Shown in pieces: positions 35,834 to 48,000 of a stretch of 64,000 nt of DNA. Location of the stretch: NCBI GenBank assembly GCA_963732385.1, contig CAVSZB010000008.1, positions 1 through 64,000 of the forward strand. The letters run 5' to 3'. The number at the start of each line of letters is the position of its first letter. Position 1 is the first letter of the stretch. Under the pieces are notes generated by a model. It did not search any database, had not been told where the DNA came from, and saw only the letters and a list, made by a program, of their open reading frames with translations. The DNA is from an uncultured bacterium. Lineage in GTDB: Bacteria > Krumholzibacteriota > Krumholzibacteriia > LZORAL124-64-63. A program made the position numbers and the translations under genes.

Positions 35834-37407
35834 GCGAGACCAGAGGCACGATGAAGCACGCGGCGGTGTACAGCGCGGCCGCGATGCTGGGCCGCATGGC
35901 GGGCTTCCTGATGCTGCCCTTCTACGCACACATGCTGCAGGCCAACGGGTATGGGATCATCAGCCTGCTGGACGTGGGCCTGACCTTTCTGGCGACCATG
36001 GGTGGTACCAGCTCGTACCTGGCGATTATGCGCAACTACCACGACGAGACCGATCCCGCCGAGAAGATGAAGGTGATCAGTACCGGCTTCTACCTTGTGA
36101 CCTTCGGCTCCGTCGTCCTGACCCTGCCCTTCATCATCTTTGCCAAGCCGCTAGCAGCGTCTTTTCTGGATGGCCCGGAACAGGGACGCCTGATCATCCT
36201 GTCCATGCTCACCTTCATCGCCAACATGAGCGGCCAGGCGGCGACCACCTGGCTGGTGATCCGACAGCGTTCGATGTTGTACGGCGCCATCAACCTCGTT
36301 CGGCTGTTCGTGAGCCTGTCGCTGAACATCTGGCTTATCGTCGTTCGGGAAATGGGGCTGGACGGGTATTTCCTCAGCGGGCTGATTTCGGCGGCGCTTT
36401 TCTCGATCGTGTACATTTGGATTATCTTCCATGACTGCGGCAGGGCCTACAGCAAAGACATCGCCCGGCGCATCCGCGATTTCCTTTTCCCCCTGGTTCC
36501 GGGCAACCTGGTCCGCTTCGTCTCGCGGCAGTTCGAGAAAGTATTCGTCCGCTTCCGGATCGACATGAACTCGGTGGGCATTCTCGAGATGGCCTATCGC
36601 TTCCCCATCCTGATCTCGATGCTGATCGTGAACCCGTTCATGTCGGCCTGGGACACGAAGCGCTTCGAGATCGCCGACCAGCCCGGCGCGCCCGTGGTCA
36701 TCGGCAGAATGTATACCTGGTTCTTGTTCCTCATGACGTTCGGCGGTCTCATCCTGGCGGTCAACATAGATCTCATCCTGCAGGTCCTGACGCCGCCCGA
36801 GTTCCACCTGGCCCACAGGATCGCGCGCATTGAGATCGTCACGCTCATCCTCCAGGGATCCACGGCACACATGGTCTTCGGACTGCTCTATGCCAAGCAA
36901 ACCGGGCTCATCTCGAAGATCAACGCGGTGGTCGCGGTGGGCAAGGTCGGCCTGGCTTGGTTCCTGATCTCGCACTTCGGCATCTACGGGGCCGCCTTCT
37001 CGGCCGCGGTCGCGGAGATGGCCAACCTGCTGGTCTCATTCTTCCTGGCCCGGCGCCGGTACCGCATGGTGCTGGAATGGCCGAAGATATGGGTCATGGC
37101 GGGGCTGTCCGTCGGCATCTTTGTCGCGCTCGTCCGCTGGGACGTGTCGGGTTTTCCGCTGTTTGTCTACGTGAGGGACGACCTGTTGGTGCGCATCCAC
37201 GACGTGGCGTCGGGCACGTTCCTGGCCAAATGGAAGGGGGGCAAGCTGCCCGCCATGCTGCTGGCGGAGGCCGGGCCGGTTGCCGAGCTGATGCTCAAGA
37301 TCCCGCTCTCGGCGTCCTTCGGCCTCCTGTTGCCGTTCATCCACCGCGAATCGCGGTTGAAGATGGCGGCCACCCTGCGGTCCGGAATGGCGAGGTTCAG
37401 CCGCTGA
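35830..37407 (+). CDS. Wzx-type polysaccharide flippase (MOP superfamily)
   Basis: About 12-14 TMs, LPFYAHML..GYG, GIYGAA; TTG start with GGAGG RBS overlapping the upstream stop (alternative ATG at 35851). Confidence 0.8.
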   Translation: MSETRGTMKHAAVYSAAAMLGRMAGFLMLPFYAHMLQANGYGIISLLDVGLTFLATMGGTSSYLAIMRNYHDETDPAEKMKVISTGFYLVTFGSVVLTLPFIIFAKPLAASFLDGPEQGRLIILSMLTFIANMSGQAATTWLVIRQRSMLYGAINLVRLFVSLSLNIWLIVVREMGLDGYFLSGLISAALFSIVYIWIIFHDCGRAYSKDIARRIRDFLFPLVPGNLVRFVSRQFEKVFVRFRIDMNSVGILEMAYRFPILISMLIVNPFMSAWDTKRFEIADQPGAPVVIGRMYTWFLFLMTFGGLILAVNIDLILQVLTPPEFHLAHRIARIEIVTLILQGSTAHMVFGLLYAKQTGLISKINAVVAVGKVGLAWFLISHFGIYGAAFSAAVAEMANLLVSFFLARRRYRMVLEWPKIWVMAGLSVGIFVALVRWDVSGFPLFVYVRDDLLVRIHDVASGTFLAKWKGGKLPAMLLAEAGPVAELMLKIPLSASFGLLLPFIHRESRLKMAATLRSGMARFSR

Positions 37408-37608
37408 AATGGGACGTGGGTTCCCGGCAGGCGCTCTGATTTGGCCCAAGGGTTTGGGTTGAGGACAGATTTTTGCGCCGAGCCGGAGCAGAATCGGCGC
37501 AGGAATCGTCAGGTCGCTTCGCGTCAGTAGCGAAGGTGAAGACCGGGGAGTGCAATTCCAGCTGTGCAAGCGGCCATGGCGCAGGTTCTCCAATAAGGAG
37601 GGGCCCCG

Positions 37609-37887
37609 ATGGCGAAGAAACATCCGGACCAGACCGACAAGCGCGTCGACGAGTGGGCGAAGTACGCAATGGCCTAGCCAGCAAGCTGATTATGGGTGGT
37701 GATGGCGAGACGGAGATCGCTGTCCCGCGCGATCGCAACAGGGACTTCGAGCCGCAGTTGGTGCGCAAGCGACAGGCTCGTCTCCCGGGCTTTGACGAGA
37801 AGGTGCCTTCGCTGTGAGTGCGCGGCTTGACCACGCGGGAGCTGCAGGACCACCTGCGCGAGATCTGTCGTCCCGCCAGGGAGTGAC
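37609..37887 (+). mobile_element. Degenerate IS256-family transposase remnant
   Basis: AAGGAGG then ATG MAKKHPDQTDKRVDE, and in another frame RNG..K....GETEIAVPRDRNRDFEPQLVRKRQARLPGFDEKVPSL*VRGLTTRELQDHLREI; internal deletion/frameshift, in-frame TGA at 37815-37817, truncated before the DDE domain. Confidence 0.8.
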
Positions 37888-39033
37888 GTGAGCATTGCAC
37901 GCGGGATTCTTGCGGTCTGCCTCGCCATGCTGGCGTATGTCTACGCAGGCTATCCAATGCTGATCCGCCTCCTGGCGGGAGGGTTGCGTCGGCGCGTGGC
38001 TTCCGCGCCATGCGTCCCGTCGGTCACCGTGCTGATCGCCGCCCACAACGAAGCGAAACACGTCGTGGAGACGGTGCGGAACAAGCTCGCGCAGGACTAT
38101 CCGGTGGACCAGCTTGAAGTGATAGTGGTCTCCGATGGTTCGACCGATGGCACCGATGAGCTCGTGCGCGACATCGCCGACTCGCGCGTGCAATTGGTGC
38201 GGCAGGAGCCGCGGGCTGGCAAGACCGCTGGACTCAATCTTGTCGTGCCGCGCGCTCGCGGCGAGATTCTCGCCTTTGCCGACGCCAACTCCCTCTGGGC
38301 GCCCGATGCGCTGGCGCGTCTCGTCGAGTCGTTCGCTGACGCCACTGTCGGTTATGTGACCGGACGCATGGCCTACCGTGCGCCCGACGGCTCGCTCACT
38401 GGCGAGGGGTGCTCCACGTATATGCGCTACGAAAATGCCCTCCGCACGTGGGAGACCGCCTGTGGCTCGATAGTAGGCGTTGATGGTGGTATCGACGCTG
38501 TCCGGCGCGAACTCTACGTCCCGATGCGGGCGGACCAGCTGCCTGACTTTGTCCTGCCATTGCAGGTGCGCGGGCACGGCTTCCGGGTTGTTTACGAGCC
38601 GCGGGCCTTGCTCTACGAGGACGCACTCGCCGCGGCCGGCGATGAATTCCGGATGCGGGTGCGCGTCAGCCTGCGCGCGTTGCACGCGCTGCGCGACATG
38701 CGAGCGTTGTCCAATCCGCTGCGTTTCGGCCTGTTCGCTTGGCAACTCTGGTCGCACAAGTGGCTGCGCTACCTTGCGCCGTTGTTTCAGGCCGGCGCGT
38801 TTGTTGCCAACGTCGCGTTGGCCTGGGGGCCGGGGGCGATCGGGAAGGGGCTACTCGCCGCGCAGCTTCTGTTTTACGCCCTGGCCTGGATCGGCCACCG
38901 GAATCGCGCCGGCGACAGCCCGCGCCTGATTACTTTGGCGTATTACCTCTGTCTGGTGAACGCTGCTGCCGGCGTGGCGCTATGGCGCTTCTTGCGCGGC
39001 CAGCGGCAGGTCATCTGGCAGCCGCGAACCTGA
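37888..39033 (+). CDS. Membrane GT2 glycosyltransferase (CesA/IcaA-like)
   Basis: N-terminal TM, VTVLIAAHNE, SDGSTD, FADAN, YMRYE, C-terminal TMs; GTG start after GGGAG. Confidence 0.85.
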   Translation: MSIARGILAVCLAMLAYVYAGYPMLIRLLAGGLRRRVASAPCVPSVTVLIAAHNEAKHVVETVRNKLAQDYPVDQLEVIVVSDGSTDGTDELVRDIADSRVQLVRQEPRAGKTAGLNLVVPRARGEILAFADANSLWAPDALARLVESFADATVGYVTGRMAYRAPDGSLTGEGCSTYMRYENALRTWETACGSIVGVDGGIDAVRRELYVPMRADQLPDFVLPLQVRGHGFRVVYEPRALLYEDALAAAGDEFRMRVRVSLRALHALRDMRALSNPLRFGLFAWQLWSHKWLRYLAPLFQAGAFVANVALAWGPGAIGKGLLAAQLLFYALAWIGHRNRAGDSPRLITLAYYLCLVNAAAGVALWRFLRGQRQVIWQPRT

Positions 39034-39047
39034 GAGGGAACATTTCG

Positions 39048-40022
39048 TTGCGATTCCCTGAGCGTTTTCGCGGGCGAACGACAAAGTCAGCCTTCGTGTG
39101 CGCCCTGCATGGCTGGCTGCCGCCTCCGGGTCTGCGGCTGCGCGCCGGGGCCCTGCTGCTGCTGGTCCTGATCCTGTTCTTCGTGCCGCTGCCGGAAGAT
39201 TTCAAACGCTATCGCTGGCTCTCCATTCCCAGCGACCTGGTGCACGTGCCGCTGCTCGGCCTGCTCACCTGGGCGTTGCAGGCGCGCGGTCCGCTGCGCG
39301 GTCGGCCGGTGGCCGCGGCGGCGGCGACCGTTCTGGTGGGGCTGGCGATCGAGCTGGTGCAGTCGGTGACCGGTCGCGAGATGAGCCTGATCGACCTGGC
39401 GCTCGACGCTGCGGGGGCTGGGCTGGCGGTGTGCTGGGCGCGTCGGCGCGCCTGGCCGGCCACGGCGCTCGCCGCGGTGTTGGCGCTCTGTCTCGCCGTT
39501 CCTCTCTGGCATCTCTGGCCGGAGTGGAACCTCATCGCCGCCGAGCGTCTGGCGACGCGGCGCTTTCCTCTGCTGGCCGACTTCGAGTCGCCCGTAGAGC
39601 TGGGGAACTGGCGCCCCAACCACCACGGCTGGCTGCGGCGCGTGCCGCGCGCGGAGGGGGGGCATGCGCTCGCCATCACCGGCGCGCCGCCGGAGAGCTA
39701 CCCCGGCGCCAACCTGAACGGCTTCCCTCGCGACTGGACCGGCCACCGCCGGCTCGAGTGGGACGCCCGGGTCACGACCGCCGACTCGGTCCGCTTCATC
39801 GTTCGCCTCGATGATTTCGCCGCCCGTCGCGACGGCGCCTGGCTGGCCGCCCGCTTCACCGCAGGTCGTGCGTGGCGTCACTTCGTTTGGGAGCCGACCG
39901 ACGCTTTTGGCCGCAAACCGTCGCGCTCCCAGCAGCGCAACGATATGGACGGCGTCACGATCTACATCGCCCGGCCGGCCGTCCCGGTCACCCTGGAGAT
40001 CGATAATCTGCGGCTGCAATAG
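39048..40022 (+). CDS. VanZ-like membrane domain fused to a C-terminal carbohydrate-binding-like beta-sandwich
   Basis: DLVH, GLAIELVQSVTGREMSLIDLALD (VanZ pattern); LLADFES, DWTGHRRL, LEIDNLRL (CBM-like). Start uncertain. Confidence 0.6.
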   Translation: MRFPERFRGRTTKSAFVCALHGWLPPPGLRLRAGALLLLVLILFFVPLPEDFKRYRWLSIPSDLVHVPLLGLLTWALQARGPLRGRPVAAAAATVLVGLAIELVQSVTGREMSLIDLALDAAGAGLAVCWARRRAWPATALAAVLALCLAVPLWHLWPEWNLIAAERLATRRFPLLADFESPVELGNWRPNHHGWLRRVPRAEGGHALAITGAPPESYPGANLNGFPRDWTGHRRLEWDARVTTADSVRFIVRLDDFAARRDGAWLAARFTAGRAWRHFVWEPTDAFGRKPSRSQQRNDMDGVTIYIARPAVPVTLEIDNLRLQ

Positions 40023-40128
40023 GCCGGGGCGCGATGGTTCGCCGCCGGCGTCCCTCAACCACGCTTGCCAGCGCCCCGGTCGCGGGGTATAGATTCCCCG
40101 CATCCGGGGAGTTACAGGAGGTCCGGGC

Positions 40129-40614
40129 GTGTTGCGCATCGGCGTCGGATGGGACCGGCACCGGCTCGTGCCGGGGCGGGCGTGTGTGCTGGGCGGCGTG
40201 CGGTTTCCCGACTGTCCGCTGGGGCCACTGGGGCACTCAGACGGCGACGTCGTGGCGCACGCCATCATCGACGCGCTACTGGGCGCGGCGGCGCTGGGCG
40301 ACATCGGGCGCCATTTTCCCGACACCGATCCCGCCTGGGCCGGCGCCGACAGCCTCGATCTGCTGCGCCGCGCCGTGGCGCTGGTGGCGGAGGCGGGGTG
40401 GCGGGTGGTCAATGTCGATGCGACAGTTATCACTGAACTGCCGGCCATCGCCCCGCGCGCCGACGATATGGCGGTCGCGCTGGCCGGGCCGCTCGGTGTG
40501 GCGCCGGACGCGGTCTCCGTCAAGGGGACCCGCGGCGAGGGGCTCGGCCCGGAGGGCCAGGGCGAGTGTGTCACCGCGCAGGCAGTGGCCCTGCTGATCA
40601 CCGCCGACGCGTGA
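40129..40614 (+). CDS. ispF: 2-C-methyl-D-erythritol 2,4-cyclodiphosphate synthase
   Basis: RIGVGWDRH, GHSDGDV..HAIIDALLGA..LGDIG.HFPD, SVKGT. Confidence 0.95.
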   Translation: MLRIGVGWDRHRLVPGRACVLGGVRFPDCPLGPLGHSDGDVVAHAIIDALLGAAALGDIGRHFPDTDPAWAGADSLDLLRRAVALVAEAGWRVVNVDATVITELPAIAPRADDMAVALAGPLGVAPDAVSVKGTRGEGLGPEGQGECVTAQAVALLITADA

Positions 40615-40657
40615 GCGGCGGCGGGCGCGCGACCGGCGCGCAGGGAGGACACCAGGC

Positions 40658-41721
<1,064 letters not shown>

Positions 41722-41722
<1 letters not shown>

Positions 41723-43170
41723 TGGCGCTGCACGTCTGGGACCACATCGCGCGGGCGAAGCGGAAGTTCGAGCCGATCCGGCCGGGCCAGGTCGGCATGT
41801 ACGTCTGCGGCATGACCGTGCAGGACAAGCCGCACGTCGGCCACATGTTCGCTTTCGTGGCCTGCGACATGGTGCGCCGCTACCTTGAGTTCCTCGGGTA
41901 CCAGGTGACGCACGTCCAGAACTTCACCGACATCGACGACAAGATCATCGTCAAGGCGCAGGCCGAGGGGGTCGACTACCGCGTCGTGGCCGATCGCAAC
42001 ATCGCTGCCTTCCACGATGCCGCGGCGAAGCTCCGTCTTCAGCCGGCCCACCACTACCCGCTCGCCACCGACCACATCGACGGCATCATCGCCTTCACGC
42101 AGCGCCTGATCGATGCCGGCAACGCCTACGCCGTCGACGGCGACGTCTACTTCGACGTCCGCTCGTTCCCCGACTACGGCCGCCTCTCCGGCCGCCACGT
42201 CGACGACATGCGCTCGGGCATCCGCATCGAGGTGGGCGAGAAGAAACGCGACCCCCTCGATTTCGCCCTCTGGAAAGCCGCCAAACCGGGCGAACCGGCC
42301 TGGGACTCCCCCTGGGGCGCCGGCCGCCCCGGCTGGCACATCGAGTGTTCAGTCATGTCGATCGGCCTGCTCGGCGAACACTTCGACTTCCACGGCGGCG
42401 GCCAGGACCTGCTGTTCCCCCACCATGAAAACGAGCGCGCCCAGTCGTGCGCCTGCACCGGCCACGCCTTCGTCAATTTCTGGCTCCACAACGGCCTGCT
42501 GTATCTCGGCGACAAGAAGATGTCCAAGTCCGACGGCAACTTCTTCGCCATGGCGGACGTGCTCGCCAAGATCCGGCCCGAAGTCCTGCGGTTCTTCCTG
42601 CTCAACGCGCACTTTCGCAGCCAGATCGACTACAGCGAGGAGCGCCTGCAGGAGGCGGCCGCGGCCCTGGAACGGCTGACCCGCGGCACCGCCCGCCTCG
42701 TTGCCGCCCTCGCCTCCGACGTCGCCCCCGTTCCCGAAGGCCTGATCTCGGCCCCCGGCGAGACGCTCGCCAAGTCGGTCCGCGACGCCCGTCGCCGCTT
42801 CTTCGCCGCCATGGACGACGACTTCAACTCCGGCGGCGCCATCGGCGTCCTCTTCGGCCTCGTGCGCGACCTGAACCAGTACTTCGCCACTGCCGGCGAG
42901 AAGGTGCTCGACCGCGGCGTGCTGGAAGAGGCGAAGCAGCTGCTGACGGAGGCCGACGCGATCCTGGCGCTGCTGCCCGACGGAGTGGAGGGGTGCGCCG
43001 CGGCGACCGACGATGTCCCCGCTGACGTCCGCGCTCTCGTCGCCGAGCGGGAGGCGGCGCGCAAGTCGCGCGATTGGGCCCGTGCCGACGCGCTGCGCAC
43101 CGGGCTGCTGGCCAGGGGGTGGCTGGTGGAGGACGGCGCGGGGGGTTCGGCGGTGCGGCGGAGCGGGTGA
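41722..43170 (+). CDS. cysS: Cysteine--tRNA ligase
   Basis: YVCGMTV, HVGH, GRPGWHIECS, FPHHENE, KMSKS, MDDDFN; ATG overlaps the ddl TGA. Confidence 0.97.
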
Positions 43171-43200
43171 GGGGCGCCTCCGGCGCGCCGGCGCTGGCGG

Positions 43201-43434
43201 GTCGGTCTGCGGTTCGAGCACCTCAGGGTGATCGACGGATCGGACTTCTGGAGCGCCGGATTCGGCGACGCCACGCCCGATCATCCGGTTCCCTGGCGGA
43301 TCGAAACCTCAGCAGGATGCGGTCCGAAGTGGGACCCTGGCCTGCTCGTCGACTTCGTCGTGTCGGTCCGCTGCGGTGACGGCGCGGCGCAGTTCGTGCG
43401 GACGCGGGACGTCCTGATCGGAAGGACCGATTGA
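43201..43434 (+). pseudogene. Possible 5'-truncated gene fragment (protein-like C-terminal piece)
   Basis: Open frame VIDGSDFWS..GPKWDPGLLVDFVVSV..DVLIGRTD* with protein-like composition; no convincing RBS/start. Confidence 0.3.
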
Positions 43435-43660
43435 GCGCCCGCCCGTGGCGCCGGTGACGGCCCGCACGATCGCGTCCCCTCCCGGCGCGCCTATTTCGTC
43501 TCCCCCCTGCATCCTTCCAACCCTTTCCTCCGTACAACCGTCCACAAAGCGCCGGGCTCGCCCCCGAGAGACCTGCCGGCCGAGGTTCCTTCGCGCTCGG
43601 ATCTCTCGCCCCGAGCGGGACGTCACGCGGTGTCGTGACCAGCCTGCAAGGAGTTCGGAC

Positions 43661-45988
43661 ATGAAAGCATCGACAGTTGCCGGAAGCGCGCTGGCGCGCG
43701 TCGGACTGATCGCCCTGCTGCTGGTCGTGGCCGGCGGGGCGTTCGCGTTTCAGCCTGTCTACCGGCCGCGCCTGGAGACGGCGCGGGCGGCGGGGGCGAT
43801 CCGCATCGACGGGGTCCTGGGGGACCCGGGATGGCAGTCGGCGGGGAAGGCCGACAACTTCAGCGAGCGGCTGCCGGGGGACAACGTCGAGCCGCCGGTG
43901 AAAACCGAGGCGTTCATCACCTATGACGACGACTACCTGTACGCGGCGTTCGTCTGCCAGGACGATCCGCAGGCGCTGCGGGCCACGATGTGCCAGCGCG
44001 ACATGTACGACGGCGACGACATGGTGGGGCTGCTGCTCGACACCTACGGCGAGGGAACCTGGGCCTACGAGTTCTTCGTCAACCCGTACGGCATCCAGCG
44101 CGACCTGATGTGGACCAACATCCAGGGCGAGGACGCCGGGTTCGACATGGTGTGGGAGTCGGCCGCCCGCGTCACCGCGACCGGGTACACGGTCGAGATG
44201 GCGATCCCGCTGGCCGGCATGCGCTTCCCCGATCGCCTGGCGCAGAGCTGGCGGGTCGAGTTCTGGCGCAACCATCCGCGGGAGAGCCTCCGCCAGTACT
44301 CGTGGGGCGCCAACGACCGCAACGAGCAGTGCTTCCCGTGCAAGTGGGGGACGGTCACCGGCATCGAGGGGGTCAGTCCCGGCAAGGGGCTCGAACTGCT
44401 GTCGTCGATGATCGCCTTCCAGTCGGGCCGCATCGCCGACCCGCTGGCGGCCGACTCCGGCCTGCAGACGAAGGACGTCCAGGGCGAGCCGTCGCTGGGG
44501 GCCAAGTACTCTCCCTCCTCCGGCATCACCCTCGAGGGGACCTTCAACCCCGACTTCAGCCAGATCGAGGCCGACGCCGACCAGATCGACGTCAACACCA
44601 CGATCGTGCAGCGCTATGCCGAGCTGCGGCCGTTCTTCCAGGAGGGGAACGACCTTTTCCGGACCATGTTCAACTCCTTCTACACCCGCATGGTGAACGA
44701 TCCGGAGCTCGCCTCGAAGGGGACCGCGCGCTGGGACAAGACCAGCGTGGCCTACATGGCGGCCCGCGACGAGCACTCGCCGTACATCATCCCGACCGCC
44801 GAGCGCAGCTACTCGGCGCCGATGGGACGCTCGACCGTCAACGTGCTGCGCGGCCTGCACAGCCTCGGCAACAATTCGCAGGTCGGTTTCATGGCGACCG
44901 ACCGCCGCTATGACGGCGGCGGCTCCGGCACCATCCTGTCGGCCGACGCGAACATCCGGCTGGCCAGGACCTACAGCTGGGCCACCCAGTACGTCTGGAG
45001 CCGCAGCGCCGAGCCGCGGGGCTTCGCGATCGATCCGGAAGTGACCTTCGACGGCGGCCGCCACACGGTCGACCTCGACGGGGAGACCTACTCCGGCGGC
45101 GCCCTCGTCACCGAACTGCGGCGGCGGTCGCGCGCCTGGAATTTCACCTTCGATTTCAACCAGGTCGCCCCGTCGTACCGGACCCAGACCGGCTACGATC
45201 CGTGGAACGACCAGCGCAACGGATTCATCTGGACCAACTACAACTTCTACCCGGGCAGCGGCCTGGTGGAGAGGATCACCCCCTTCCTCTGGGTGGACGG
45301 CCGCTGGGACTACGACGGCCACCGGAAGTGGGCCCACGGGCAGGCGCAGCTCGACTGCCGCTTCCGCCGGGCGCAGACCAACCTGGGGTTGAACTACAGC
45401 TACGGCGAGGAGACCTGGAGCGGCGTGCAGTTCCCCGACCTGTGGTCGGCCACCGTGAACCTGAATACCCGACCCCACGACAAGCTGGCCCTCTCCGCCT
45501 CGGCCACGATCGCCACCGATCCGGCGCTGTTCACCCTGGAGAAGGGCGATCTGACCCGCTACGAGCTGGCCCTCGAGCTGAAGCCGATCGACCGCCTGAT
45601 CCTCGAGCCGACGCTCAGCTACATCCGGAGCGACAAGTCCGGCGTCGGGGAGCTGCTGTTCCGGCAGACGATCGCCCGGATGCGGATGCGCCTGCAGGTG
45701 AATCCGCAGCTCTCCCTCCGGCTGGTGGCGCAGCACAACAGTTCCCGGCAGCCGGTCTACCAGGCCCTGGCCCTGGAGGGCTCCTTCCCCACCTACCACA
45801 TGGCCTTCGGCTCCAAGTGGGAGGTCGATCCGCTGCTCACCTATCGACTCAACTCGTTCTCTGTCTTCTATTTGGGGGCGACACACGACTTCCGGGACTT
45901 CAACGCCGCCCAGATAGATGCGTCGTCCGACTACGAAATGACCGGGCGTCAGTATTTCATGAAGCTGCAGTACCTGTGGCAGATCTGA
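43661..45988 (+). CDS. Secreted CBM9-like + DUF5916 (probable outer-membrane beta-barrel) protein
   Basis: AAGGAG RBS, signal peptide, IRIDG.L.D..W, F.VNPYG.Q.D, EMAIP, NPDFSQIEAD, ELRPFF.EG, terminal FMKLQYLW beta-signal-like motif. Confidence 0.8.
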   Translation: MKASTVAGSALARVGLIALLLVVAGGAFAFQPVYRPRLETARAAGAIRIDGVLGDPGWQSAGKADNFSERLPGDNVEPPVKTEAFITYDDDYLYAAFVCQDDPQALRATMCQRDMYDGDDMVGLLLDTYGEGTWAYEFFVNPYGIQRDLMWTNIQGEDAGFDMVWESAARVTATGYTVEMAIPLAGMRFPDRLAQSWRVEFWRNHPRESLRQYSWGANDRNEQCFPCKWGTVTGIEGVSPGKGLELLSSMIAFQSGRIADPLAADSGLQTKDVQGEPSLGAKYSPSSGITLEGTFNPDFSQIEADADQIDVNTTIVQRYAELRPFFQEGNDLFRTMFNSFYTRMVNDPELASKGTARWDKTSVAYMAARDEHSPYIIPTAERSYSAPMGRSTVNVLRGLHSLGNNSQVGFMATDRRYDGGGSGTILSADANIRLARTYSWATQYVWSRSAEPRGFAIDPEVTFDGGRHTVDLDGETYSGGALVTELRRRSRAWNFTFDFNQVAPSYRTQTGYDPWNDQRNGFIWTNYNFYPGSGLVERITPFLWVDGRWDYDGHRKWAHGQAQLDCRFRRAQTNLGLNYSYGEETWSGVQFPDLWSATVNLNTRPHDKLALSASATIATDPALFTLEKGDLTRYELALELKPIDRLILEPTLSYIRSDKSGVGELLFRQTIARMRMRLQVNPQLSLRLVAQHNSSRQPVYQALALEGSFPTYHMAFGSKWEVDPLLTYRLNSFSVFYLGATHDFRDFNAAQIDASSDYEMTGRQYFMKLQYLWQI

Positions 45989-46019
45989 GACCGTCACGGC
46001 CCGGGGGCCTTTTGCCGGC

Positions 46020-46049
46020 TTGACACGGCGCGGCCTCCGGGCTTATATT
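46020..46049 (+). promoter_or_regulatory. Sigma70 promoter of the tRNA-tuf operon
   Basis: TTGACA-18 nt-TATATT followed by a GC-rich discriminator (GCGCGG). Confidence 0.65.
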
Positions 46050-46178
46050 GCGCGGTCTATTTGCTTTTGGTGGAAAACCAGCGAGAGTGTGGGGGCGGGA
46101 AGCCGGCCCCCGGGCGGGCCGAAATGGCCGTCGCAGGGGGCGAGGAGCGTCGCGTCCTCTTGGTACGTTTGGTATCAC

Positions 46179-46254
46179 GCTGGCGTAGCTCAACTGGTAG
46201 AGCTCCTCACTTGTAATGAGGGGGTTGGGGGTTCAAGTCCCTTCGCCAGCTCCA
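46179..46254 (+). tRNA. tRNA-Thr(TGT)
   Basis: Cloverleaf; anticodon arm CCTCA-CTTGTAA-TGAGG; GTTCAA T-loop; encoded CCA. Confidence 0.97.
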
Positions 46255-46328
46255 AATTTTGATGGGAGTGCCGGCCGGCGGCCGAGGTGGAAGGGCGCGA
46301 GTCAACAGGAACACAGTCTACATTTCGT

Positions 46329-46414
46329 GGGGGGGTTCCCGAGTGGTCAAAGGGACCAGACTGTAAATCTGTCGGCGGACGCCTTCGGAGGTTCGAATCC
46401 TCCCCCCCCCACCA
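46329..46414 (+). tRNA. tRNA-Tyr(GTA)
   Basis: G7/C7 acceptor stem, CAGA-CTGTAAA-TCTG, long variable arm, GTTCGAAT, CCA. Confidence 0.97.
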
Positions 46415-46450
46415 GACGAATATCATCGGTGCCAGGAGGCGCCGGGAGGA

Positions 46451-46527
46451 GCGGGAATAGCTCAGTTGGCTAGAGCATCAGCCTTCCAAGCTGAGGGTCG
46501 CGGGTTCGAATCCCGTTTCCCGCTCCA
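46451..46527 (+). tRNA. tRNA-Gly(TCC)
   Basis: TCAGC-CTTCCAA-GCTGA, GTTCGAAT, TCCA end. Confidence 0.97.
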
Positions 46528-46580
46528 GCCTCGCCCGACCTCGAACGCAGCGTAGGGACACGCGGGAAAGGTTCGCCGGG

Positions 46581-46656
46581 GCCCACGTAGCTCAGTCGGT
46601 AGAGCACTTGCATGGTAAGCAAGCGGTCAGCAGTTCGATTCTGCTCGTGGGCTCCA
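46581..46656 (+). tRNA. tRNA-Thr(GGT)
   Basis: CTTGC-ATGGTAA-GCAAG, GTTCGATT, TCCA end; completes the canonical thr-tyr-gly-thr-tuf order. Confidence 0.96.
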
Positions 46657-46757
46657 ACAACATCACCGATCTGACCCGGCGATGGCGAATCAGATGTGGC
46701 GGAGCCGGTCGCGACCGGCGTCCAGGGCCGAACCACCTTCCTCGGGAGGATGCCGCG

Positions 46758-47951
<1,194 letters not shown>

Positions 47952-48000
47952 CGCACGGGCGGCCGCCGGCAGACGCGGTCGCTGACAAGGAGTGGCAACC

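Noticed and set aside
46179..46656. tRNA cluster as an integration site or source of recoding tRNAs
   Set aside because: Canonical Thr-Tyr-Gly-Thr-tuf arrangement with standard anticodons; no integrase or duplicated tRNA 3' end seen.
46608..46757. N-terminal extension of EF-Tu in the ORF track
   Set aside because: Overlaps tRNA-Thr; the RBS and the second tuf copy fix the start at 46758.
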